DNA of 51,969 nucleotides from an uncultured archaeon (lineage in GTDB: Archaea; Asgardarchaeota; Lokiarchaeia; Sigyniarchaeales; SOKP01): NCBI GenBank assembly GCA_964632315.1, contig CAZWEM010000032.1, forward strand, positions 1-51,969. Direction: 5' to 3'. Positions within the stretch are counted from its first letter, which is position 1, and each line of letters starts with the position of its first letter. Shown here piece by piece: positions 42,078 through 51,290 of the stretch. The notes below the pieces were generated by a model. The model was not told where the DNA came from and did not search any database. It worked only from the letters and a program-made list of their open reading frames with translations. The position numbers and the translations under genes are program-made.

Positions 42078-43490
42078 ATGAACTTTAAAAAAAAATTGTC
42101 TTTAAAATCGAAACTTGCATATGGTGGTTTAGGAGCTGGTATTAGTTTACCCTCTCAAATTACATTTTCTGCCATTACTTTTTTTTATAATGCCATATTG
42201 GGATTAAGTACTGAACTTACTGGATTTGCATGGCTCATATTTTCGATATGGAATGCAATAAACGATCCAATATTTGGATTTATTGAAGATCATACGAAAT
42301 CGGAAAAATATGGAAGAAGGATCCCATATATACGTTTCGGAGCACCATTATATGGTTTAGCGTTTATTTTTTGTTGGATTCCTTTTGTCAGCTTAACTAA
42401 CCAATTAGCTTTGTATTTTAACTTAATCGTTGTATTATTCGTTTTTGACACATTATTCACCATACTAGGATTGATTAATTACACTTTACCCGCAGAAATG
42501 GCCATATCTGCAAAACAAAGATCGAACTTACTAATCTATAGTTCAATACTTTCATCAATATCAATTATGCTTTCTTTTATTATATCAATCACTTTATTAA
42601 CGGGTAATGAATCAACGTTTAATCCAAGTGTATTTCTTTTTGTAATGATCCTAATTGCTATAATTTCTAGCCTTGTTTTATTCGTGAGCAGTTTCTATTT
42701 AAAAGAAAATAAATATACTCAGCTTGAGGATACTTTACCGGTTATAAAGGGGGTAATAGAGACACTCAAAAATAAGCCATTTGTGGTATTTGAAGTTGCT
42801 AATTTTTCTTTCACAATCGCTCAAACAATACTTACTACAGCCATCTTCTACTATGTAGATTATGTATTAGCATTAACGGGATTTCTAAACACTCTACCTT
42901 TAATTTTAGTGTTTGTGATGATCTTTGGATTTATATTTTTATTTAACAAATTTATAGGGAAGTATGGAGTGAAAAAAACATTTATCTCTTCATTACTTAT
43001 GACTGGACTTAGTTTTTTGTTAATATTTTTCATTGGATGGACATTAGATTTAGCTATAATTGGATTTATTCTTATAGGAATCGGTATTTCTGGATATATG
43101 CTTTCCAATCAAGTAGTTATAGCCGATATTGTGGATTATGACGAAATAAGGACAGGAAAGCGAAGAGAAACCACATATTCAGGTATAAATGCTCTATTCA
43201 CTAAACCAGCAATCTCCCTTGCCAATTGGATGTTTTTATTCATTATAAATAATTTTGGATTTATCGAAAAACAGTCAATTCAAACTTTTAATGCTCAATT
43301 AGGAATTATGATTGGATTCGCCCTAATTCCTTCGATCTTCTTGATATTTGGGGCTTTAGTAATGTTCTATTATAAATTAGACGGTCCAAAATGGCTTTCT
43401 CAAAAGGAAGAGATAATGGAGATTCATGAAGAAAAAGAAAGAAACTATTTAGACTATTTAAAAAATAAAGAATTTGAACAGGCGGGATAA
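42078..43490 (+). CDS. MFS GPH/MelB-like transporter
   Basis: WNAINDPIFG, YGRRIPY, ADIVDYDEIRTGKRRE. Confidence 0.9.
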   Translation: MNFKKKLSLKSKLAYGGLGAGISLPSQITFSAITFFYNAILGLSTELTGFAWLIFSIWNAINDPIFGFIEDHTKSEKYGRRIPYIRFGAPLYGLAFIFCWIPFVSLTNQLALYFNLIVVLFVFDTLFTILGLINYTLPAEMAISAKQRSNLLIYSSILSSISIMLSFIISITLLTGNESTFNPSVFLFVMILIAIISSLVLFVSSFYLKENKYTQLEDTLPVIKGVIETLKNKPFVVFEVANFSFTIAQTILTTAIFYYVDYVLALTGFLNTLPLILVFVMIFGFIFLFNKFIGKYGVKKTFISSLLMTGLSFLLIFFIGWTLDLAIIGFILIGIGISGYMLSNQVVIADIVDYDEIRTGKRRETTYSGINALFTKPAISLANWMFLFIINNFGFIEKQSIQTFNAQLGIMIGFALIPSIFLIFGALVMFYYKLDGPKWLSQKEEIMEIHEEKERNYLDYLKNKEFEQAG

Positions 43491-44223
43491 TATTATTCAA
43501 AATCGTGTCTTTAAAATTATGGTGAAACCCTACGACTGGTTGACTAGACCAGATGTGGTTAAACCTTCTATTATTATAAGCTTAATATTGTTTATACCCG
43601 GTTTATCTCTATGTGTTATTATTGCGATGATTTATGGATCTCAAGGATACACCATTTGGAATAACTTCATTAGTGATTTAGGGTCTTTTAAGTACACTCC
43701 CATCCCGTTTTTGTTTAATGTAATTTTGATGATTGTTTCTGTTTTAACCATACCTGCTTTTCTCTATAATTATAAAAATTTGACCAAGGATGCCAAATTC
43801 ATAGTTTTCAATTCACAAGAAAGATCTATGCGAAGAATATTTCACACTATCATATATATAAATGCCTTTTTCGGACTAATTTTACTTCTTATTGGATCAG
43901 TTGGGATGTTCGGAATCGGAATTTTTAGTGAAGATAGAACCACACAATTTAATCTACACTTTTATTTTTCTGTTTTAGTTTTCATAGGCTTAATCTTTGG
44001 CTCTATGTTTGTGGGAATTGCTATTGTTCTCAATAAAGTTATTTGTCCTCGATATTTAGGATTCTATATGATATTTGGTCCATTTCTTACTGGTTATTTC
44101 TATTTTAACCCTCCTCCTATGTTAACAAGGCCTTACTTAGAGTGGATGATGTTGTTTTCTTTTCAAATTTGGCTTATACCCGCAGCTATTTTTACTCTCA
44201 GACAAATTAAAAAACAGAGTTAA
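43474..44223 (+). CDS. DUF998-like membrane protein
   Basis: NNFISDLG, GIGIFSED, LHFYFS, EW motif; multiple TMs. Confidence 0.65.
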   Translation: MNRRDNIIQNRVFKIMVKPYDWLTRPDVVKPSIIISLILFIPGLSLCVIIAMIYGSQGYTIWNNFISDLGSFKYTPIPFLFNVILMIVSVLTIPAFLYNYKNLTKDAKFIVFNSQERSMRRIFHTIIYINAFFGLILLLIGSVGMFGIGIFSEDRTTQFNLHFYFSVLVFIGLIFGSMFVGIAIVLNKVICPRYLGFYMIFGPFLTGYFYFNPPPMLTRPYLEWMMLFSFQIWLIPAAIFTLRQIKKQS

Positions 44224-44312
44224 TAAATAATTTAAAAAACACTCAATTCAATCTACATTTGATTTCTCCCTCTTAGGCTTCATAAACATAATCTTTGAAT
44301 CCAAAGATTTAA

Positions 44313-44361
44313 ATAGTATGTATTTAATACTATACATAGAATAGTATTGGAAAAATACTAT
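44313..44361. promoter_or_regulatory. Two tandem palindromic operators ATAGTAT-N7-ATACTAT upstream of padR
   Basis: 44313-44333 ATAGTATgtatttaATACTAT and 44341-44361 ATAGTATtggaaaaATACTAT, ending 19 nt before the ATG. Confidence 0.7.
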
Positions 44362-44380
44362 AAAAAAAGGTGTATAACAC

Positions 44381-44902
44381 ATGATAAAACGTGTAAAAGG
44401 AATGGATCCTGAGTTTCAAGAATATGCTGCTAAGGTTGAATCTGAAATTAATCGGGGATTATCATCAGTTTGTGTTCTATCCATTATTAATGAATATGGA
44501 GAACAAGGAGTCTATGGATATCAAATTTCGAAAGATCTTGAGGAACGGACAAATCAAATGCTTATCATAGAAGAAGGGACTTTATATCCTCTTCTAAGGA
44601 ACTTACAGCGAGACGGCATTATTAAATCTTATAGGGAAAAAGGAGGACGTAGGCGTAAGTATTATAGCTTAACGAAATATGGAAAAAAAGTGTTTAACTA
44701 TTTAGCAGGATTTTATTCCAAGTTAACAGAAGCAATCGGATCGCTATTTGACGTGAAAGTGGATTTGCAATCAGATCGATACATATTTTGCCCAATGTGT
44801 GCGAATAAAATTGATCTTTCAAGTGGCGTCCAAAAATTTTGTGATGCATGTGGGCATCATTTAGAAGATGAACTCAAATCAAGAGGTATTAAAAATGAAT
44901 GA
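44381..44902 (+). CDS. PadR-family transcriptional regulator with C-terminal double zinc ribbon
   Basis: YGYQI, EEGTLYPLL, RRRKYYSLTKYG; CPMC...CDACG. Confidence 0.9.
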   Translation: MIKRVKGMDPEFQEYAAKVESEINRGLSSVCVLSIINEYGEQGVYGYQISKDLEERTNQMLIIEEGTLYPLLRNLQRDGIIKSYREKGGRRRKYYSLTKYGKKVFNYLAGFYSKLTEAIGSLFDVKVDLQSDRYIFCPMCANKIDLSSGVQKFCDACGHHLEDELKSRGIKNE

Positions 44903-45923
44903 ACAAGTGTTAGATGATATTGTTAATGAATATTTGAAAAAAGTTAAGAAAGCATTACCAGATTGGCTAAAGGATAAAAAGGAGCACAAAGAAATCCTTG
45001 CTGACTTGTCTGAACATATTTGGCAAAAAGCCAAGGAGTTATCTGAAACAAATCAAGCGAATGAAATGTCCGTACAAAAGGCTATAAGCTTCATGGGTAG
45101 TCCTCAAGCTATTGCTAAAGAATATAAACGGAGAGGAGAACCGAAAGTATTCATTACAAAAGAGATGTGGCCGCTTTATACTAGAGTACTTGGAATTGTG
45201 TTTGTTGTAATTATTGCGTTGACTGTATTTGGTTCCGTAGTAAGTTACTTTACAGAAATAACCTCTTTGGAAACAATGATAGCAAGTATTGTAGAAGGGA
45301 TACAAGTAGGTATTCTTACTGCATTCGCCATAATTACCATAATCTTTGCTGCATTATCCATGGAAGGGTATTTCCCAGAAGATTTCAAATCAAAAAAAGA
45401 GCAAAGAATGAAGAAAGAATTAGTAAAGAAAGCAGCCGCAGAAGGATTACCGTATTCTGAAGTTGAAGGGAAACCGATAAAACCATTTATAAAACCAGTT
45501 GGAGAAATAATTGGTGGATGTATTGGATTGATATTTGGAATCATTTTCTTACTCCAACCATTCGATCCTAACATCTTAATCCCAGATTTCTCAATCTTAT
45601 TAAGATTTTTCGGTGCTATAATAACAATTCAAGGTTCACTTGACATTTCAAGAGGAATAATAGGCAATCATAAGCCAACGACTCACCAAGTTATACATGG
45701 ATTCACAATCGCGGCAAAATTAGCGGTGATTCCATTATTGATAATTCTAATGAATCGTCCAGAGATTTTTCCATGGTTTTCAACCCCATGGATACAAGTT
45801 GGAATCCCAGTAGAGTTTTACGAACCATATAGAGTAATCATGACTGTAATAATTGTTATCGTATGCCTAACAACTATAGAAGACATCTATAAAATTATCA
45901 AGATCGAAAAATACAAAATCTAA
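44895..45923 (+). CDS. HAAS-like domain membrane protein (PadR partner)
   Basis: YLKKVKKALP...EILADLSEHI...AISFMGSPQAIAKEY; overlaps the padR stop. Confidence 0.8.
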   Translation: MNEQVLDDIVNEYLKKVKKALPDWLKDKKEHKEILADLSEHIWQKAKELSETNQANEMSVQKAISFMGSPQAIAKEYKRRGEPKVFITKEMWPLYTRVLGIVFVVIIALTVFGSVVSYFTEITSLETMIASIVEGIQVGILTAFAIITIIFAALSMEGYFPEDFKSKKEQRMKKELVKKAAAEGLPYSEVEGKPIKPFIKPVGEIIGGCIGLIFGIIFLLQPFDPNILIPDFSILLRFFGAIITIQGSLDISRGIIGNHKPTTHQVIHGFTIAAKLAVIPLLIILMNRPEIFPWFSTPWIQVGIPVEFYEPYRVIMTVIIVIVCLTTIEDIYKIIKIEKYKI

Positions 45924-46031
45924 TTATTTTACATTTTCTTTTTTATATTTTTTTTAAGTTCTTTTATTTATGTAGTTTTATTTTAATCGAGTAAATCTTA
46001 AAATTGAAGAAGTTATTTAATTATCCTAGAT

Positions 46032-46847
46032 ATGACCTTAACTAATAGCCTCAATAATAAACTCCAGATTTTAAAAGAAATTTTAAAAGATAGATCTGTA
46101 ATCGTTGCTTTTTCTGGTGGAATTGATAGTAGTCTCTTAGCATTTTTGTCTAAAAAATATGCACAGAAGGTTTTACTTATCACCGTGAATTCTGTTTTGT
46201 ACTCAGAGGAAGAAATAAATGAAGCTACTTCATTTGCTAAAACACACGATATAAATCACGAATTGATAGAAGCAGATCCATTGAGTAATCAACTATTTAC
46301 AACTAATCCTCCGAACCGATGTTATATTTGTAAGAAAGAAATATTTACCAAAATTCGAGAAATAAAAAGCGCACGTAATTATGATTTAATAATTGAAGGG
46401 TCTAATATGGATGATTTGGGTGACTATAGACCCGGATTAAAAGCTTTAAAAGAACTTAAGATTACATCTCCTTATTTGGAAGCTAAAGTTACAAAAAATG
46501 ACATAAGGGAACTCAGCAGATTTTTTGCTCTTGAAACTGAATCTAAACCCTCGGGTGCGTGTTTTGCTTCACGAGTGCCATATGATCAGGAGATTTCAAG
46601 AGAAAAGTTGAATATGGTACAAAGGGCTGAAAAATATCTAAAAGATCAATATGGATTTAAACAATTAAGAGTAAGGATTCACGAGGGGTCACTAGCACGT
46701 ATTGAAGTATTACATGATGAGATTAAAAGATTTTTAAATGGAGATTTAGATGCAATTATTTCTTTTTTTAAAGAGTTGGGATTTAATTATATCACAATCG
46801 ATTTAGAAGGATTTCGGTCTGGTTCACTTAATGAAATTTTTACATGA
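46032..46847 (+). CDS. larE: LarE-family ATP-dependent sulfur transferase (PP-loop)
   Basis: AFSGGIDS, RCYICK, DDLGDYRPG, ACFASRVPY, QLRVRIH, GFRSGSLN. Confidence 0.88.
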   Translation: MTLTNSLNNKLQILKEILKDRSVIVAFSGGIDSSLLAFLSKKYAQKVLLITVNSVLYSEEEINEATSFAKTHDINHELIEADPLSNQLFTTNPPNRCYICKKEIFTKIREIKSARNYDLIIEGSNMDDLGDYRPGLKALKELKITSPYLEAKVTKNDIRELSRFFALETESKPSGACFASRVPYDQEISREKLNMVQRAEKYLKDQYGFKQLRVRIHEGSLARIEVLHDEIKRFLNGDLDAIISFFKELGFNYITIDLEGFRSGSLNEIFT

Positions 46848-46985
46848 ATATCACATCTCAATTGTAGACAGTTCCACAGTTTCTGAATTACACCATTTCT
46901 ACCTTTTCCTTCCTATTTTGAACGTCTTGACTAACGTTTTGGGTGTCAATTGAAAAATTTAACAATCCTCTATATTCTGATTCAT

Positions 46986-47933
46986 TTAATCAGACAACTC
47001 TTTAGTTCCTTCCCAAAAGATATAAGCTTTGCGTGTACCCGTTATCTTCTTTAGCTTAAATACAATCAATGCGCAAATATTAATAGCGATTATATTCATG
47101 GCCAAAAGAATAAAACTTCCTAAAGAAAGCAAGGGGTTATTATAAATGATTGCAAGACCTATGTTCACAGCAGGAGGCATTAACGCAACAGCAATGGCTA
47201 CTCCAATTAATGAGGTTTTGATACTGCCAGTAATTCCTATTCCAACTGCAATGCCCGCACAAATTGCTACAACTAAATCAAATAAATTAGGATATCCTCT
47301 CGCCATCATTTGTGCTGTAATACTTGGGGGATTTAGAAACACTAACCCTAATACACCTATTAGCATACCAGTACCAATTGAAATAATTAAACCTAAGAAT
47401 TGTTCTAAAATTCCAATCTTTACCATTTTGAATTCCTTGCTTGCTATGCCGAAAGATACTCCCAATATCGGACTCATTAGTGGAGATAAAATCATAGAAG
47501 CAATAAGGATAATTGCAGAATTTAAGATTAATCCAACTCCGGCAACTAAGGCTGATAATAATATAAAAGTAAAAAAATCTAGGCTAAATGTCGAAGTGTC
47601 TTCTAAATTTTTCTTAATCTCCTCAATAGTAACTCTTTGCGTAACTATTTTCTTTCTTTTTTCCTGTTCTTCTTCATTTAAAGTGATTTCTGGAATTGAT
47701 GCTTTAAGCGATAAAATATCAATTATTCCATGAATTGTTCCGACTCCACTCTTATTAAGACTCTTAACTATTTCCGGTACCATCATTCTATTACTCCTAA
47801 TTATAATGAGCGAATTATCAATCCCTTTTATTAACATAATATTCTTGATCTTTAATTCATTCTTCAAAACATCTACTATTGCTTGGATATAGTCTTCGGG
47901 GTCATTAGGCAATGTAATTTGAATCTGACTAAT
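46986..47933 (-). CDS. DUF389 / TIGR00341-family membrane protein
   Basis: GLILNSAIILIASMILSPLMSPILG, GVAIAVALMPPA. The frame extends to ATT at 47933 (ISQIQITLP), with TTG at 47912 as alternative. Confidence 0.85.
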   Translation of the reverse strand: MSQIQITLPNDPEDYIQAIVDVLKNELKIKNIMLIKGIDNSLIIIRSNRMMVPEIVKSLNKSGVGTIHGIIDILSLKASIPEITLNEEEQEKRKKIVTQRVTIEEIKKNLEDTSTFSLDFFTFILLSALVAGVGLILNSAIILIASMILSPLMSPILGVSFGIASKEFKMVKIGILEQFLGLIISIGTGMLIGVLGLVFLNPPSITAQMMARGYPNLFDLVVAICAGIAVGIGITGSIKTSLIGVAIAVALMPPAVNIGLAIIYNNPLLSLGSFILLAMNIIAINICALIVFKLKKITGTRKAYIFWEGTKELSD

Positions 47934-48210
47934 TTTTAATCACATCGTTTTTGATTATAAAAAACTCTATTTAAATAATTTAATTCGAATCTATTATTAA
48001 ATAAAGGCTTTAAATTTTCTTAGTTAAGAATTGGTTTGATTTTTTTTGCCAAATTTTCAAAAGAATTTTTTATTCTTTAATAAAAGTTTTGGAACTTGTA
48101 TAGAATAGAGTTTTGCTGACTTTTTACTGAAGAATTTTGTTTCTATCTTAGACGAAATAGATTTAGAGAGATTTTTGTCTGGTTGACTCAATACGATATT
48201 CAATTGAATA

Positions 48211-49617
48211 CTAATTATTATTAATATAATCAATAATTCTATTTTTTTTTCCAATAGCTTGACTAGCAGCTTCCTCTAGCCTTCTTTCCATTTTTTTGAT
48301 ATCTTCAGGAATCTCTTCCCCTATTTCTTGTTTAATTTTTGTATAAGCAGATTCTCTAAAACGTGGCAAAACATTTTGCTTCTCATCTTGAGAAATCATT
48401 GAAACTGTCTTTGAATCATCCACATATCCAATCTCAGCACATTCAATCTGATTTTGTGCGAGATCTTGAATGATATCATCGACGACCTCCTGGGAACAAT
48501 ATATCAATAATGCATCAAGTGATACTCCCAGATAATCGACATTTACCGATTCTAATAAATTTAATACTTTCTTGTTGACTAATGCTCTTACTTTTTCTTC
48601 ATAAATCGTAACACCACATTCTGCTTCATAATTTATTTCATAAAGGTCTCCTCTTAAACCCCCGTTAGTGACATCGCACATTGCTCGGATTTCAGAAAGA
48701 TAAGTAGAATTTAGTATTATTTTTGCTGCTTCCAAGAACTTAATGTTTAAAGTCTCCTTGAGTATCTCATGATTTCCTGAATAAATAGCTGTTGTAGTGA
48801 TAGTACCTCCTCCAGTGCCCTCAGTCATGAGAATTCTATCACCTGGTTGAATATTCCTTCTAGCCAGGATGCTTTTTGAAGCTATACCTATTGCTGCGAG
48901 CCCTCCAACAAATCGATCCCCAATGACCATATCTCCTCCAATCCTTAAAGTTGACCCAGCAGTTATAGGAACTTGAGCCAACTCTGAGATTGTTGATACA
49001 CCCGCCATAAAGTCAAATAATTTTCCAACGTCTGCATCATCTCCTAAATGTGCATCAATCATTATAGAAATAGGAATAGAACCTTTAACATAAAGATCCC
49101 TTAGTGCGGCTCTCGATACGCTTCACGCTAACATATATTGTGAATTTACGTGAAACCCACACAAGAATGGAAAATCACTTAAGCGACTGTGAATTCCTTC
49201 CATTTTGGATACAATGATTAAATCATCTTTCCCTTTAAATCCTTCAATATCACTCAATCTAACAGCACCAGCATCATCCAAGGAACTTGGTGATAAATAT
49301 GCTTTCTTCTCAGTTTCAGATAATTTTGCAATGAGTTTATGAACAAAAAAGTCTCCTGATCCCCTACAACCAACTCCTTGTTTTCCAATAGTCACATTAG
49401 CTTTATTAACATCTAAGACATATCTCATAAAAGGATCCAAAACATCCTTTACTTCACTATTTTTACATTCTTCATAAATAGCTTCTGCAAGCAAGGTTGC
49501 AGACTCTTGTTCAATGTCTTTAAAAATTTTATATTCATTAACAAGGCGTCCTATAATTTCTTCCTCAGAAAAACCCTTTTCCATCAACCTTCTGGTTAAG
49601 CCTTCTAAATCACTCAA
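48211..49617 (-). CDS. AIR-synthase-related protein (PurM/HypE/ThiL/SelD superfamily), intron-containing: exon 1 49146-49617, exon 2 48211-49115, 458 aa when spliced
   Basis: Both ORFs are in the same frame and carry one family's motifs (GVGCRGSGDF, DDAG, EGIHSRLSDFPFL, HLGDDADVGKL, GSTLRIGGDMV, DVTNGGLRGD, FRESAYT). Removing 49116-49145 gives GFHVTRAALRDLYVKG. Confidence 0.88.
49116..49145 (-). other. 30-nt archaeal bulge-helix-bulge (BHB) mRNA intron
   Basis: GUGUGG-G-UUUC-ACGU-AA^A-UUCAC-(13-nt loop)-GUGAA-GCGU-AU^C-GAGA-G-CCGCAC: outer helix, 4-bp central helix, two 3-nt bulges and a 5-bp inner helix; contains the in-frame UGA at 49123-49125. Confidence 0.85.
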
Positions 49618-50488
49618 AAATCAAACCTCTTGTATATAAATCAATTTATACTAATTTATAATAAATAAGAACCTATATAATATGTTTCCCATTTAATCTG
49701 GTTTACCTTTTATATAAAATCTTGAAAAAATTAAAAAACCATTAATTGCTTCGCCTTATTTCCTTTTATTCTTTCTATAAATCTTAATTCCTCTGGACCA
49801 TCACGGTGTCATCAATAAAAGATAATATAAATTGAACATTTTTGGGCTTAACTTTCACCCGCTTTATATTTTATTTATCAAATAATTGATTATACCTCTT
49901 AATCTTCCCACCATAAATTACCAAACGCTTTCGATTCTTAATAGGAATAACAAATATGCAGCATAATCTGACCAGATCTTGTATTATGCTATTTGGGGTA
50001 AGGAATTAAGTCAACCAAGTAATATGAAAAAGAAAATCATGATTAGGTCTATGGTTTACAATCAATTACGTATCACCTCTACACTAGAAACTATAAAAAA
50101 TAAATTTGAAGACTACTTTGTGGTAATATTTGATAATGTTTCAGAAAATAATTTTTTAGTTTCCTTTAAAGACTAGGTTTTACTCCTTGTGTTCGCTGAA
50201 AAAAATAATTTGTTGAGAATCATACTTTCGTTTAGTATTTCACAGCTTAAATGATCAACAATTATATCCAAGAAAATTATACGTTATCTCCTCCATTTTC
50301 TTTTTGAATGTAGGGGTTGAATATTTTCAATGTTGTTATAAATGATAATCGAACATTATTTCATCATATTTATACCTTATTCTCGGCAAATCATAAGAGT
50401 TAGACTAATTTTACTTATCTCTCTCTAAAAACTTGATTAAAATAGATTATTCGCAATTTAACGAATTTTTTTTATCACTTTTAAAGGG

Positions 50489-50770
50489 ATGAAGAAAACA
50501 TTTATATATGGTTATCCTGGAGGATATTATGCCGAAGTCTCGGGTGGTGAGCCGGGAAATCTTTATACTGCTCAAGTGTTAGCAACCCCTCCCAACATGG
50601 CGAATTTTCTCAATATTTGGAACTGGGGTGCCGGAGCCGTTGCTGGTATTGAAGGCACAATTTCAGGACTGGTGGGATTCTTCACGGGACAAGAATATGC
50701 CACATCAGTAGACCTCATGCCTAACTTGTGCACAGAGATCAGAAAGATGATCAAATTAAAGCCCAAATGA
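50489..50770 (+). CDS. Short hypothetical ORF or gene fragment, visibly more GC-rich than its surroundings
   Basis: 93-aa Gly-rich ORF overlapping the next ORF by 43 nt. Confidence 0.35.
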   Translation: MKKTFIYGYPGGYYAEVSGGEPGNLYTAQVLATPPNMANFLNIWNWGAGAVAGIEGTISGLVGFFTGQEYATSVDLMPNLCTEIRKMIKLKPK

Positions 50771-51201
50771 GAATCGAGATTAAGAATCTTCGAAAAATAA
50801 ACAATCAATTAGATGATATGTATCATAAATCAATTTTAAGATGTGGATTATGTAATACTATTGAAGGTGATCGAATATACTATAAAAGATTTGACAAGTG
50901 GTATTGTCTTAAATGTTTTGAAGAGAATTATAAAGATTGGGCTCCTCTGAATTGGAAACTTAGATATCCATTATTAAAAGAACAAGTGCTTGAATTCTTT
51001 CAAAAATTGGATAAAGTGGTGGGTAATTGTCAAACTAATCTAGATTTTTCAAGGGAGATCTTAACAGAAATGGGCATTTCCAAAAGCGATCAAAAATTAT
51101 TTTTAGATACCTTATATCATCATGGAGGGCATTGGGATTGTGAAATACTGCTGAATGCTTATCCAAATGTAATGGCGGATTTTGATATTGATATAGAATA
51201 A
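50728..51201 (+). CDS. Zinc-finger plus DUF2695-like protein, possibly 5'-truncated
   Basis: CGLC...YCLKC; C-terminal GGHWDCEILLNA resembles the DUF2695 GGxCDCEVLxN motif. Confidence 0.6.
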   Translation: MHRDQKDDQIKAQMRIEIKNLRKINNQLDDMYHKSILRCGLCNTIEGDRIYYKRFDKWYCLKCFEENYKDWAPLNWKLRYPLLKEQVLEFFQKLDKVVGNCQTNLDFSREILTEMGISKSDQKLFLDTLYHHGGHWDCEILLNAYPNVMADFDIDIE

Positions 51202-51266
51202 TCTTCTTTTTTCTTTTAACAAATTTATTTTAGAATCTTAAAATACTTCTCTATTCAATTTTACCT

Positions 51267-51290
51267 CCCTCCCCCGTGGTGCCCCCTCCC
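51267..51290 (-). repeat. Perfect 24-nt mirror repeat / G-quadruplex-capable tract
   Basis: CCCTCCCCCGTG|GTGCCCCCTCCC; minus strand GGG-A-GGGGG-CACCAC-GGGGG-A-GGG. Confidence 0.6.

Noticed and set aside
46850-46985. Minus-strand remnant KVEMV*FRNCGTVYN*, resembling a decayed zinc-ribbon gene
   Set aside because: Too short and interrupted by stops to support.
1491-48254. Many antisense or overlapping ORFs in the ORF track (e.g. 1491-1772, 26835-27113, 40995-41687, 47146-47733, 48057-48254)
   Set aside because: Shadow frames of well-supported genes, with no recognisable motifs.
49123-49125. In-frame UGA read as selenocysteine (Lokiarchaeia are known to encode Sec)
   Set aside because: The UGA lies within a 10-codon insert that interrupts a conserved motif rather than aligning to a Cys. 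I saw no SECIS-like hairpin after the stop at 48211, and the BHB fold explains the insert exactly.
49121-49148. Xer/dif-like 11-6-11 site (CTTCACGCTAA CATATA TTGTGAATTTA)
   Set aside because: Only a superficial resemblance; the arms are poorly symmetric, no recombinase is nearby, and the pairing extends into the exons as an RNA structure would.
49117-49149. Ribosomal bypassing between matched GTA...GTA codons, or a 4-bp CGTA target-site duplication of a mini-element
   Set aside because: Possible in principle (it would give FHVSRAA), but the stop does not follow the take-off codon, and the CGTA repeat is a by-product of the self-complementary central helix. The BHB geometry is complete.
49979-50176. 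65-aa ORF
   Set aside because: No SD or motif recognised; AT-rich, likely spurious or a remnant.
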